Shown here piece after piece: positions 11,962-26,392 of a stretch of DNA of 64,000 nt; the first letter of the stretch is position 1; every line of letters starts with the position of its first letter. The stretch is from the human T2T-CHM13v2.0 reference genome, Homo sapiens. Where the stretch lies: NCBI RefSeq assembly GCF_009914755.1, contig NC_060929.1. One strand, written 5' to 3'. Under the pieces are notes generated by a model, which did not search any database, was not told the origin of the DNA, and was given only the letters and a program-made list of their open reading frames with translations. Both the position numbers and the translations under genes were made by a program.

Positions 11962-12820
11962 CCCCTCATTTGTTATCTAATTCTTTGTGATTTGAATAGT
12001 ATGCTTGGCCTCTTTTCTAAGATGAATTCCAGAATATAACTTGAATCTTGAGTTTACAAATTCACTTTTGTTTTTTTTTGTAAGACAGCAGTTTATGCTT
12101 TTTATGTATTATGTAAAGGGCTTCCATTACTCTGTTTTATACAATAAAAGCACAGGAAAGAAAGAATGGATAAAATACAACTTGGTGATGACATGTCAAT
12201 TTTTAAAGTTAATTTTATTTAGATGAAATTATTAAATTTTAAGCTTTTCTTAAGAGCCAGTATTTAGGGAAATGTTCTGAAATAACAATATTATTAGCTT
12301 GGTAGTTTTTCAACAAATGATAATTTATTGTGAAATGACTAATAGAATTTTCTTTTTAACTAGTATGAACCAAGGGACATGGTTTATGCAATTGTACCAG
12401 TATATTACCATTTATATTTTTTAACTTAAGCATGGTTAATCAGGTTGTTTTAACCTGATATTGTTTCATGGTCTCTGTACCTCATTCACTTTTGGCAATA
12501 ATTTCAGAGATAGCAGGCATTCCCATGGGTAAAGAGGGAAAAGGAGGAAAGGAAAAAAGCCAGAAATTTTACACCTGAGCCTAACTTCTTTTCTAATTTA
12601 TTTGTTTGCTTAGGTACTTTGGTGAGAGACCTCTAGTTTTGTAAATACTGGCTGAACAAAATGAGGATAAGAAAGAATTAAAAAACTAAACCTTTATTTT
12701 TGAAAACACTGCTATAACATCTAGCATAACCTAGCATATAGCCTCTGAAGCAACAGAAAAGGAAATATGCTTTGATATTTTCAACTAGTATGCCTTGGAC
12801 ATTTTAAAGTTGATTGAAAA

Positions 12821-13220
<400 letters not shown>

Positions 13221-15379
13221 TTAAGGAAGAAAAAACCTCATTTTTGATTTCTAGATAATATTTGATTTTCTTTGGGACGTTTTTTAAATAGTAAAGAACA
13301 AGGATTATCTTATATTTTTACTTCCTTCTATCATGGCTTGTTTTTCAGAATATCCCTTTCCTGTGAGAAATGAAATGTATAATATGCATACCTCATTCAT
13401 GTTCTCTAAAAAAGAAAACTGAAAATATTAAGTATCTGGTGTGTTCTGTCAGTTTGAAGTATTATGATGATCATTGTTTTCAAGAGGCTAACTCTACAGT
13501 TTGAGAAAGTATATATTGTGGAAATGAAAGTGCTAACATTTTCAAGTTGATTGAAAAGGCCTGGTGTGGTATAAATGTTATATATAACATATAAAATTAT
13601 ACATAACATTGTATATGTTATATATAATTACATGTTACACATGTAACATAATTATACATAACATAAATTTAAAAAGTATATTCTGGAAATGAATGTGTTA
13701 GCACTTTTCATTTCACAAAAAAGTTTTTGTGTTCTTATTAAGAGAGAATGTTGATGTTTTAATTCAGAGAGATTGAAGAGGAAGACTAAATGGATAAAAA
13801 GGGCCATGAAATAATAGACCCTTTATGAACCTAGCTATTTATCTTAATTTATAATGTGTAAGGGACATACGGCCATTCAGACTATAGTCAGCCTCCATTA
13901 TTTGTACTTAGGGAGGGAAGCAGAAAGGTAATTCAAATTAATGGATATTCCACAAGTCCTCAGAAATGGCTTTGGAATGTATCTTTGTTCTTACATTTGA
14001 ATGTAGATATAGCCGATCTGGGAATTCACTTCAAACAAATTAATGATACTATGCCTGTGAAAGTTTGATTCTGAAGGAGTTGAGGAACTCATCTGTTCTT
14101 TCATTTCATACTGGGAATAGAGTAATTATCTGTTTTACTGATATAAAGTCCCAACTCAGGCAGAATGGCACCTCCTTCTAAGTTTCTAGAAATAAAGGAG
14201 TCAAGCATTGTCTTTGCCCAGAGTCATACAAGGAGTAGCATTACACAGGGAGAACTTGAGCTATCAGCACTGCAAATGCTAACTGAAAATAAACTTGAAA
14301 GACTACATTTGGCATTTGTCTGCCTTCTAAAATATAGTGAAACCTCCTTAATGTGAAACACAAGGAGATGGAAAAAATGGGCTTTGAATTAACCAGCTTT
14401 CCATTATCTGATTTTTATTATGGAGCAATCAGGCAGCTGGTTGACTAGGGAATAGCATTTGCTTTGAATTATGTATTATTTTGAATAACATGATATCAGC
14501 TTAATGAAATTTTACTGTAATTCACTTTTTTTAGGAGGATTAAACAATGCATATCCTAGAGGGAGCCTGAGTAACATATTTGTATTTAATAAAAATATTA
14601 TATTTGCCCACAGCCAAGTGATAGGACAGTATACCTAACATAGGTGTGTGGAGCACTTGCTCACTGAGAACAGAAAGGTGGAGTTTCAGAGCACTGGTTG
14701 TTTCTTGGTCTTCCAAGATGTATGAATATTTGATAGGAAAACTGGGAGCAAGTAGAAAATGATGGAGTTTTAGTGTAAATTTGCCAGTACATGTTTCTTT
14801 CTCTGCCCCTATCTTTTTTCCAGGGTCAAGAGCCAACTTCTAGCATGGCTTATTAGGACAATGTTTTACTGTCAAGAAGTGCAGTGGTCACTCAGTACTG
14901 CTGTCTCTAGGAGTATTTTCTTTAATCACTGAAGAAAAGAGATGCCAGTGGAATATGGTGAAAAACAATGTTGCATTTTTGCTGCCTTCATAATTTGGAC
15001 TACAAGACCACCTTGAAAAACTTAAATCTTTTTGGGGAATTTCCTAAAGCAAGCAGCATACACATATAATTTAAATGGGAATTTGAATTCAGCTGGGCTC
15101 ACCTACTAAGCCAGCATCAATATGACTTGATTAAATTACTTCTTGGTTCTCATTCACCTAGAGGTATCATATTATGAAGGTTCCAGAGCAGTTGTTCTTC
15201 AGATTTGAAGAATACAGTTGAATGTTTATTTGTAGGCACATGAGAGTAAAGAGGAAAGATACCTCAGATTTCTTGGTGGTTTAACTGTTAATATCTACGA
15301 TATCAAATCTTAACATGTTTTTAGTTAGGGAAGATGACAGGAACTAGTTTAGTGCTGATTCCTTTTTATTATTTTAAAA

Positions 15380-15980
15380 AATTATGATACTGTAAAATTG
15401 ATCTTTTTAAGAAAGCATACGGTTCTGTGGTTTTTAACACATGTATGGATTCATGTAATCACTATCAACACAATCAGTATACAGAAGAGTACCCCCTAAA
15501 AACTCCTTTTTGCTATCCCTCTATAGTCACACACACACCCCCTCTTCCACCCCCAACTCCTAAGCCCTGGCATTCACTGATGTGTTCTCCATAATTATTG
15601 TGTTGTGGTTTCAAGAATGTCATATAAATCAGCGGTCCCCAACTTTTTTGGCACCAGGGACTGGTTTCGTGGAAGACAATATTTCCACAGACAGGGCCAG
15701 GATTAGGGTGAGGCAAGTGAGATGCTTTCCTCAATCACAAAGTTTACAGGGACACTAAGACACTTAGTAATCAAGATAAGTAACATTTTAATGCAACAAT
15801 ATAAAAAATGCAAAAAATCTATGGTGAATAAAATACCAAATTTTAAAATAAAAATGGGATCAGTAACAGTGCTGTGCCAAGCTGTATTACAGCCTAAGGC
15901 AAAAGGAAAACTCAGTTGGACTGATCCCGTCTTTATTTAAAATGTTGATGTTTTGTTTGCCATAGATTTTTTGTTTTTAT
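15380..15980. mobile_element. Old L1M fragment, truncated MER1 end, and MER96B-like hAT fragment
   Basis: L1M-like 15380-15628; cagcggtccccaacttttttggcaccagggactggtttcgtggaagac (MER1 start, 15630); cagggccaggattagggtgaggcaagtgag and ctgatcccgtctttatttaaaatgttgat resemble MER96B. Confidence 0.6.
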
Positions 15981-17121
15981 TTATTTATTATTATTATTAT
16001 TGGTGGAGGCTAGAGTTGGGGAAATGGTAACTCACTTCTGCTTGACTGATACTTTGAATTATGGACTTCTTCCCAAATCCACCTACTACTGTTTACTTTT
16101 CAGAGTCCTCAGATAGGTCTCTGAAAAGTATGTAGGTCTCTGAAAAACCCTATGCCTTCTGTCCTGGTTTTTAAACAACATTCAGAGGGAGAGACTGAAT
16201 GGAGTATGTTTCTACTGTCTACAATGGTGATGGAAAAAACAAAATGAAACAGTACAGATTATAGCAAATGTGCTTAGGAGGAAGCTTCTAAGTTAGCTGC
16301 ACATTTGGAGGGACATTCATATGGTAGGAAATAAAATAATGTCATTGCTCCTAGAATGAGTCACCCCTCTTACTTGGGCAGTATGTTCCCTTGACATAAC
16401 TGTGCCACAAGGCAGAGCTACTGGCTTTTGCTTAATTAGCTGCCATTGGTATTAAGCATACTTGGCCCAGTTTCTCAATATTATTTTCCAGAGCTCATTC
16501 CTCTTGCCTACCTGCACACTACGACGTAACTCTCCTGTATAAAAATTAGACTTAACAGATTTTACAACTTCCCTAAAGAGTTCATTTCTGTGTATGAAAT
16601 CCCTTACCGTCAGATCATTTTTTTCTTTATTTTTAGCCTCACATTCTCATGTTTAGAGCCTACATCCTTTGCTCTGGTCCTCATGGAGTTGGAGAACAGC
16701 TGGTTAACATCCTCTGTTTCCTTGAAGATTATAAAGTTACTGTTCAGTCTTGTCTTTGTCTGAGGGAACCAAACTTAGTCTTTTGTTCTTTTTGTTTGTT
16801 AACATTTCCTTGTGGATCTTGTTTTCTCCACACCTCTGTTGTCTTTGATACTCTCTTCTCAGCCATTTCTAAACTCTCCAGTGACCAAATTGGAGTAAGG
16901 GTCTCCTCAGGGCTGATGGTGTCATGTGGGTGGTAAGGGCATCATCATATTACTAATGTTTATTAATGTAATACATGGCACATAGTAGATGCTTGGTGAA
17001 AATGTATTTATTAATTTTGCTTTACCTTTTATTACATTTTATTCTATTATATTCTTGTTGGGACTAACTGTAATGGCCTATTCCTTACCACCTTCTCAAG
17101 TTTTTATTTTTTGGTTAATAG

Positions 17122-17464
<343 letters not shown>

Positions 17465-17869
17465 ACATTTTCTTTTAGGATTGATAAAAGAAGTATACAT
17501 TTATTTTAATTGTCTACTTCTTTAAAACTTTAGATGATCCTTTTTTCAGATTCATTGCAAATAGCCAGGTTTTGGGTTCATTAGAGGAAACACAGATTTA
17601 CTGCAGATGCTTAAAATACTGGTAATTTAAACTCTAGTGAATATAATTTGTTTTGGTTGTTACACTGTTAATGAATATGATATGTTTCCTGGATCTATTT
17701 TGTAAAATATACTCTGTGCTTTGAAGCAAAAGTTATTTGTTTGAATTTGACACTTTATTTTATCAGAAGTCTAATCATTACTCTTCATTAGAATAGGGGA
17801 CAAATACTGATGTGATATAGTACTTATCACTTTGTTTTTCTCATCTTTATTATCTCTTTAAAAAAAAAC

Positions 17870-18165
<296 letters not shown>

Positions 18166-21082
18166 TCATTCTCTCTTAAAATAATAACTTTATAAATTTT
18201 TTGTAACTAGCAGATTCTTGATTCAGATGCAGTTTTTTAGATTCTCTATTCTATGTTCTCTTCTTTGAAATAACGTTTACTGTAGGAATCCAGATTCAAA
18301 CCCTGCAGTGAAGTGTCTTTTCCTATGACCACCTATTTAACAGTGATCTCATTTGGGAAGTTACAGGGTGAGATGAAGGGCCAATCACGTGCTGCCTTAG
18401 ACTTCGCGAGCAAAAGAATGAGGATCAAAAGGAGGGCTTATCCAGTTTAATAGTTTATCCATTTCCTAGTATCATTTAACCCCATTACAAGCTATATTAA
18501 AAAACATCCACTCCTTAGTAGTGCCAGCATTTGCAAATGAAGATTTTTCTGCTTCTATTTCTAGTCCTTTGAAACAATAGAAATAGTCAGTGTATCCCTT
18601 TTGATTAAACAGGAACTTTTTTCCCCTTCTCTACACAAAAGTTTGATATTTTATTTAATAAATATTTAAATTTATTTAATAGGTATTTAAACTTGTGTAG
18701 ACATGATTGCCATGAATGGCAAAGCTAGATAAGGAATCAGCCACTAGGTAGTACTTAATTTTATTATTATAATGTTATATTTACTTATTATTATTAGGTA
18801 ATACTTATTCACTAGGGAGAAACATACTTCCTCTATAAAATATAAAAAAAGAGAACTTGATTTGTAGATGTTTAAAAATGTTCAGAATGATACTATTCTT
18901 TTCATAATGTGTAAACAAATAATACAGTAATGACTAGAGCTCCATTGTCTAACCCTAGCACCGTATCACATCCCACTGATGGACCAAGTGAAGGACTTTA
19001 TGTCTTGTAGGATTTTCTGACAGTTTTTCTCCCTCAGCCTGAATCTGATGAATGATCTTTGGTAACAAGTTTTCCAGCTGTTCTATCAGAATTCTGGCCA
19101 AACTTTCACAATTATATATAGTGTGGGGAAGAACAAGTTCTATAATTAAAATGCATCCCGGGATAGTATTTTTCCTTTTTGGAAATGATAGATAGTGGTC
19201 TTGTAGGAGGATGGGTTGTGAGACCCCCAAAGGACTAAATAAAAGAGTATGATATTTAAAACATCTTTACCTGTACTATAGTAAGATAAATAATATTTTA
19301 CATATCCTGCGTAGTTCGTCTATACAGGAAGATTCAGCTTTTCCTGTGTTTTCTTGGTTTTACATACTTAATGATTTCCAAGATCTGATTACATATATTT
19401 CTTATCTAGCAGTTAGAGATTTAAAAAGTTTCATGCATTACTGTTTTATTTATATAAACATAGGATTGATGGTCATTATCTTTATGCCTATCTCTGTTGA
19501 TAAATGAAGAAATGTAAAGGAGCCCAGGTCTGTGTAGACCAAACATAGAAAAACCAGGTGGAGTTGGGTTTACACTGTGGGTCTTAAATGAAGAGAAATA
19601 GCCATATAGTGCTTCCCATGCCTTCTCACAACCTGGTCTCCATAATAAATGATAATATGTCATATAAACAGATAAGGCTCCTCTTCTCTAGAAATGACTA
19701 GCCTGAGGCCCCAGTGCCCCAGGCTCCTCTTAGGCATGAGGGGCTCCATATCTTGATACACCTACCATATCTTGGTATCCCATTCTGTGCCCACCAGTGG
19801 GAAGCTCTGCTGCATCTAAGTGGATCCCATGAGGTGGGACCTCTGGGGTCATTTGCCTTGCAGGACGACCACCCACCTGGGTCACTCACCCTGTGGACTC
19901 CTGTTCCCAGTCTCCTGTTTGTTTCCTACTCACAGACTATCATTAATAAGAATAATTACCAGACTTTCTTCAGTCTTTACTTATGCCTTCTTTGCCTTCA
20001 CAAATTCTTCTCAAGTAACAGGGTTGGAGCAAACTTTTACTGTTTTGAATTAGATGAACAAAATTGTATTTAATTTTACTTCCCAAGAGACCTTCCATTT
20101 TCTCTGAGAACTTTTTCTCATGATGAAATTCTTTAAGCAGGTTTATTATCAGATACAGATGGGATTCATTTAGTGCCAAGGATGACTACCAGGTTCCAGA
20201 TTTTTGCTGCTTTAGTGGTTACCTTTATTTTATAGCACAGACTGTAAATGAGTTATTTTAGTAAAAGCATTTTCCATGAGTTTTCTGGGAATTAATTTGA
20301 TAATTAGATGCCAGTTTTTAAAATGCATAATATATGCATCTGTATCAAATGTGTATGACAGGTGCAAAGCAACACTTTCCCTTACTTGGTTTTTCTGCAG
20401 CAGCCCCCACATTTATGAAAGTACTATGGCATTTTTTCTTTTCACCATTGCACTCCTATCTGGCCTATTAGAGAATTTTTCAGGATAGGGAAGGGAGAAG
20501 ATTGAGAAGATTTCTGGCAAAAAAAAAAAAAAAAAAGACAGTTGCCACAAGTCTGGCCCATGGTAGAATTTCCTTGGAACTGGAGGAATGTGGAGGAGGG
20601 GAAAAGGAGAGGCATATGCTCACTTAGCAAGATGTGTAGAGAAAATGTCTGCCTTTAAACTTTTCCATTGAGGGGATATCTGTAGAGATCAGGAGGTGGT
20701 GATGAGTCTTAGTTATTGGAGACTGGGGCTTACTCACCATGTTTGCTTCCTGAACTTCAGAGGGATGAAGCCAAGTCTTGTGGCCCATGCATGTGGCAAG
20801 GCCATCCCAAGTTTGAGAAAAGCAAGGCTTTGGGAGAGAGTGGAGGGAACAAAGACAGGACAAATAGCCTGGAAAAGTTGAAACAATTCCCATTTTACTC
20901 TCATACTTCCCTGGCCCAATATTTTAATATAGAAAACAGTTTTTCTTTCTCTGTGAAGAATATCTTGGGCTTGTGGAAGTCTGAAGAAAGTTCTTTCTCC
21001 AGTATTTTTTTTGTTTTTATCTGTTTTCTTTTTATTTGTTTTGGGTTCACATCTTGATCTTCTTTCTTAGTGTCTGGAATCT

Positions 21083-21118
21083 GCACACACAAACACACAC
21101 ACACGCACACACACACAC
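21083..21118. repeat. Interrupted (CA)n microsatellite
   Basis: gcacacacaaacacacacacacgcacacacacac. Confidence 0.9.
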
Positions 21119-21679
21119 CCATTCAAATGTGTTGGATAGTCCCGAGGATGTCTGTAACTCTAAGACTGCCTCTATACAAGTCTGCAAAATTGTGTAACAG
21201 ACTCCTTCACGGACAGGTGTCAGGCTTTTCATTTGAAAATTGTGAAAAATGCTTGTTCAGGGAATCACTGCATTAGCTTATCCATTCTTGTACTATATGA
21301 CAAAAACCAAACGTGAAAAAACCAGATGGAGTTTGGTTTACAGTATGGGTCAGCAGCTGTGGAGGATCCGGAAATGGAGTTTCAACATAATCATGTTTAA
21401 GGTATAAAGTTATGAAGGCTGTTGGCTTTCTTTTAGCATGTAGAATAAGGGCGTTGTTTAGATATGTGCATTGCAGATCCCTAAGATGTTACGCAGGCAT
21501 TGATTTCTTTTATAGTAACATTTGTGAACTGGGAACTAGTGGGCTTTTTAAAAAAATGATTTTAGTAATAACTCCTTTTTAATACAAACTTGCTAAGGTT
21601 TCTACTGGGTTAGGTGGGTTTGGATATGATTAAATGTCAGCTACCTTCTTTCTGCCCCATCTTTCCAAATAGGGCTTTG

Positions 21680-21890
21680 CATGGTTAAGTAGTAAGGGAA
21701 TGAACAGTGGAGTTGGAGAAACCTGCTTATTGACCCAGCTCCTCTATGTGCGAGTTATTATGTGACCTTGGGAAAGTTACCACTCTCTACAGCCTCAGTT
21801 TCTTCATCTGTGAGATGGGATGAGATTATTAATTTTGTAGTATTTGTGAGGACTCAATTATATTAAATAATATAAAGTTCCAGTACCTAA
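21680..21890 (+). mobile_element. MIR SINE
   Basis: tgtgaccttgggaaagttaccactctctacagcctcagtttcttcatctgtgagatggg. Confidence 0.8.
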
Positions 21891-23947
21891 TAATTCCCTT
21901 TCTACCATGTCCTAAAATGTAAATCATTTCTCTCTTTGGTTTCCTTCTCCTCCTCCCCTTATTTGCTTCCCTGGTTCCTCTAAAAGTAAACAAAATAACC
22001 ACAGAAATAAATTATTTGGAAATTTTTGTGGTCTTTTCACTTTTGCTAAGGGGTAATTCCAAAATTCCTATTTTGGAATTTTGACACTGCTAGCTCGACA
22101 TCGTGCTCTCTTTCTCCCCGGCCTACCCCTCTCTTTTTTCTTTGGTCTCTGCAGAGAAGAAAAAAATCTCTCTGTTGAGCACATTAAGGTCTTGTAACTC
22201 CTTCTAGTCATGCTTATGGTCTCCTATTCCAGTTCTTGTCTCTTATTTTTGGGCAAATTTGTGGTTACCCTCCACTACCAAATTAAAGGGTTAAAATGAA
22301 AATGGGCTTTGGTTTAAAAGAATAAGCTTCATTTTGTGCTGAAATGTAAAGTTCAACTTTGGCAGCTAGAGGAAGCCATTAGTGAACCCACATGTTTTAG
22401 GAAATGAAGTAGATTAGTGTAAGAATAAAACACTTTGTCAATTTAATTAAGCAAATAAGTTTATTAAAATATGCAGACTAATTTCAGAACCTAGTTCTTT
22501 GCACTGCAGTGGCCTTCTGCCATTGGAATCTCATGATATAATGTGAGGGCTTTCTCTTTGATTCTGTAGATCTCATGTCTTGATGTTCCTTCCTGGTTCT
22601 CTGGTCCTTTTATTCAAATGTGCTCTCTATGCTTTATTTGCTGCATTTCTCAGTGACTCCTTAGGTCTGAATGTGTCACGCTCCCAGTAAAGAAGCACTT
22701 CTTCAAGAACAGGATGAAGAAAGTTTGGGGTGGTTGGTTGATCGAGGGATTGTACTCTTTCTAAGTATTTATAGCTCATCTGTCTTCTGATGTTGGTTCC
22801 TTAGGCTTCTAGCAGGCACGTGTCGCATTGTTGTTAAGCAAAGCCGGTATGTATGTTTGACAAGTTAGCAGCGTGGCAGCTCAGCTTGCTTCCCAGCCCT
22901 GCCGCAGTCTCAGGGATTGTTTGGTTTGGCAGGTAGCCAGCTCTCTGCTATAAGATGCATTTCCTTGACAGGATAAAATGTGGAGCCGCATTAGCTGCAA
23001 AGTTTACAAAGGTTAGCTAAACACACACAATAAATATTAATAAACAAAAAAGGCCCACCCACCTTTGGCTTTAAATTTTGTTTCTTCATTTCGTGTTTTA
23101 GAATCCTTGTAGTATTTGATTAATAACTGGTCTTAGGGTAATTGAGCCTTAAGTATCCTCTGCCTAAATCAGATTGCTCACTGGCCTCTCATTTGCTGCT
23201 TAGTGACTCATTGCCACAGTGCATGGGGCTCTGGAATGACTGTTTAGTTTAAGGGGTCTTATTTGCCTCTCCCTGTTTCGGCATGAAAGGAGGGTAAATA
23301 TGCTTCTCTGTAAGAACATATACTAATCAGCTATATGTGTGTGTAAAGGCTCTGGAGGGTACAGGATGTGAACAGGAATAGAGGTGAGGTGTCCTTGGAC
23401 TCCCTGGAAAGCAATTGGACCTTGGTCTGTTGGCTTGGGCAGTTGCCTCTCTCTAACATTTACACCCTCAGTGAAGAGGGAGAGAGTAACAGTAACCTGC
23501 TGCCCCTGGAAACTGCCTGTTTGGCTGGATGTCTTGGAATTTATCAGGCCTACATTGTGGATCTTTTCCAATTCTGCACCCTGCTCACTTGAAAACATAT
23601 TTGAGAACTAGTAATCTTAGACTGCTGAGCCAGACCTCTAGAGAACCAAGAAAGAGAAATAACTCTAATACTGTGCCCTTAATATTGTCCTGGGCCATTT
23701 ATGGGTGGCTGAGATTTCTGAAAGCCTTTGACAGCCGCTTTCATTATTCTGTGATTCATGTACATTCTCTCTCTCTAGGACCACATTAGGAGGAATCTAA
23801 CCCTGCTACATTTGTAGGATACCTGAGTATAATAATGATATGAGGAAATCAAATTATTTCTCATGGAGTAATGATTTTAATTTGAAAATTGTCTCCAGCT
23901 CTACCTAGCAAAGCAATCCATTTAGGCATGGGTGAACTGTAGCTTTT

Positions 23948-24230
23948 AATTCATTCCTTTGGTGAACATTTTTTGAGCACCAGACACTAATCTAGGCACT
24001 TGGGATATGTTGCCAAACAAAACTGACTGAGATCTTTGCCCATGAAATATGTGTTCTAGTGGGGAAGGCAGACAATCAGCATCATTAATAAATAAGTTAT
24101 ATATTATATTAAAAGATGATACATGCTATAAAAAAAGAAAAGCAGACTAAGGGGAGTTCTGGGGCACAGTTTTAAATTGGGTGGTTTAGATAGCAGTGAC
24201 ATTTAAGCAAAGACTAAAAGAGATGAGTCT
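23948..24230 (-). mobile_element. L2 3' fragment
   Basis: ttcattcc...aacatttttttgagcaccagacactaatctaggcacttgggatat...ttctagtggggaaggcagacaat. Confidence 0.7.
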
Positions 24231-24989
24231 TGGCTCAGATGGATTTCTTCTACATAGGGTTTCATAAACATGACTTCATGAAGTTATGTTTGTGACTCTC
24301 CTTATGTTTCCATATACCTGGCTGTGGCCATCTGGGAATTTCCAGTGGTCTATCTCAAATTAGTCTCAGTGGTGGAGCACCTAGAAGCTGCACTTTGTAG
24401 ACCATGAGCTATTGATATACTTAATTACATCTTCCCAACCAGGAGCAATTTTATTAGGAGAAAATGTGACTTTTATATGTATGCATTATAAACTAGGTTT
24501 TACAAGCATAGGTACAAAGCAACAACAACCCCCCCCCCAAAAAATACCCAAACTATCAAATTAAATATATCTTATTTTTTCAAGTTTTTCTGTTAATATT
24601 TACTCACTATTATATTTGTTTTATCATCTTTTAGAACTTGCTAGCCTGGGTAGCAGGCACCATAGATTTGAGAAAAATTGTGGAAAGCAAGCCTAAAGTT
24701 GTGAAAACCTGCCCCTTTAACTTAATTTTCCCCCCAGCTGATGGGGAAAACACAGCCATTCTGATTTGATTTTCTCTGTACAATATCCCATTCCTCTTCA
24801 GTGGTACATAGGTTAAGAACCACTCTTCTAGAGTAAGTCTGTTAAATCAGATATGAATTAAATAAAAGTCTTGTAGACTCTTTTCAGCTTTCTCCTTAGT
24901 TCCTCTGGAATCTCAGGTAAGGGTTTGCAGCCATTTACCTATTTTTTTTTGGCCTATTTTTTTGCCATTCACATGGGAGTCAGAATTTT

Positions 24990-25253
<264 letters not shown>

Positions 25254-26291
25254 TGAGTAGAGACAAGGAACCAAAGAAATTCAGCCCAAAGTAGATTTAG
25301 GAGACGTAGTCATGATTTTCATTTTACCACTAGAACTATAAAATGCTAATATCTAATCATACCCTTTTCCCCTTTAGTCCCTATATATAGTTTGACAAGT
25401 GATAGATTATTAATAAACATTGAATTAATGCTTCCACTCATATCTTGTTCTATCAGAGTGAGTTCTATAGAACCTAGTACATGGGGTTTCTGTTTACTAA
25501 CATTAGCTTCATCTTTTTTCCCTTTAATTCTGTCCACGCTATCCCTCCCACCTCTGCCCTCTTACCACAGACAAAAATTAAAAACAGGTTATAGTTCTCA
25601 CTGAGAACTTGTGGTTCTTTTCAGCCCCAGAGCACCACTTATTTTCCTTACCAGTAATGAATTCATAGGATCATAACTTCCAGTGAACCTTCTCTTAAAC
25701 AGCTTTTCATTTAGGTTAATGTCAAGTCTTTGTATTCTGTATCTCTGTTTTACTTCTGCTGTTGTCCTGCTGTTTTATCTCATAGATAGGGAGACATTAT
25801 TAAATGCCTACAAATGTGCATTGTTTCTGAAAAAGCTTTATGAGATTTGGATCTTTGTGAACTAAAAACAATAACCACCTGGTCTCAATCTGCTGTCCAG
25901 AGGGACATATTGTATGTGTGTAAGAGCATGAAATTCGCTTCAGTGGTAAGTGTAACTGAGTTATGTGGATTTAGCATTCCATGATGCCAGCCTCACGTGG
26001 TAATGGACCTGGGAAACCTAATTTTGTGGTTTCAGGGCTGTCCAGAAAGGGAGATAATGTCAGGAAGAGAACATCTTTTTTATTTTTATGGAGTATCACC
26101 CAGATAATAAGTGATGGAATGGAATTTTACTTCAGGAACACAACTTTATGGTTTAAAAGAAAATGTCTGAAAGTTAGAGGTAAACCATCAGGATGATATT
26201 TGATATAGTAGACTAGCCATCAAAGTACCAGCAGGATTGTTTCCATTTTTATCTGGCCTCTTTAGTCAACCACTGCGCTTTTCCTTTGCAG

Positions 26292-26392
26292 AGTGTTGTT
26301 CGCTGCCTGTGGCATCCAAAGCTGAACCAGATCATGGTTGGAACTGGAAATGGATTGGCTAAAGTCTATTACGACCCCAACAAGAGTCAGAG
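26292..26392 (+). CDS. WDR70: WDR70 coding exon, last WD40 repeat
   Basis: cctttgcag|AGT GTT...CAG AG|gtattt; 101 nt; SVVRCLWHPKLNQIMVGTGNGLAKVYYDPNKSQ(R); overlaps ORF-track 26286..26486. Confidence 0.96.

Noticed and set aside
16114-16146. Short duplication taggtctctgaaaa x2 (a similar one lies at 39760-39808)
   Set aside because: Ordinary slippage-scale duplications with no further structure.
19698-21276. Cluster of overlapping 60-119 aa ORFs
   Set aside because: They overlap on both strands, have low-complexity composition, and show no recognisable homology or coherent splice structure.
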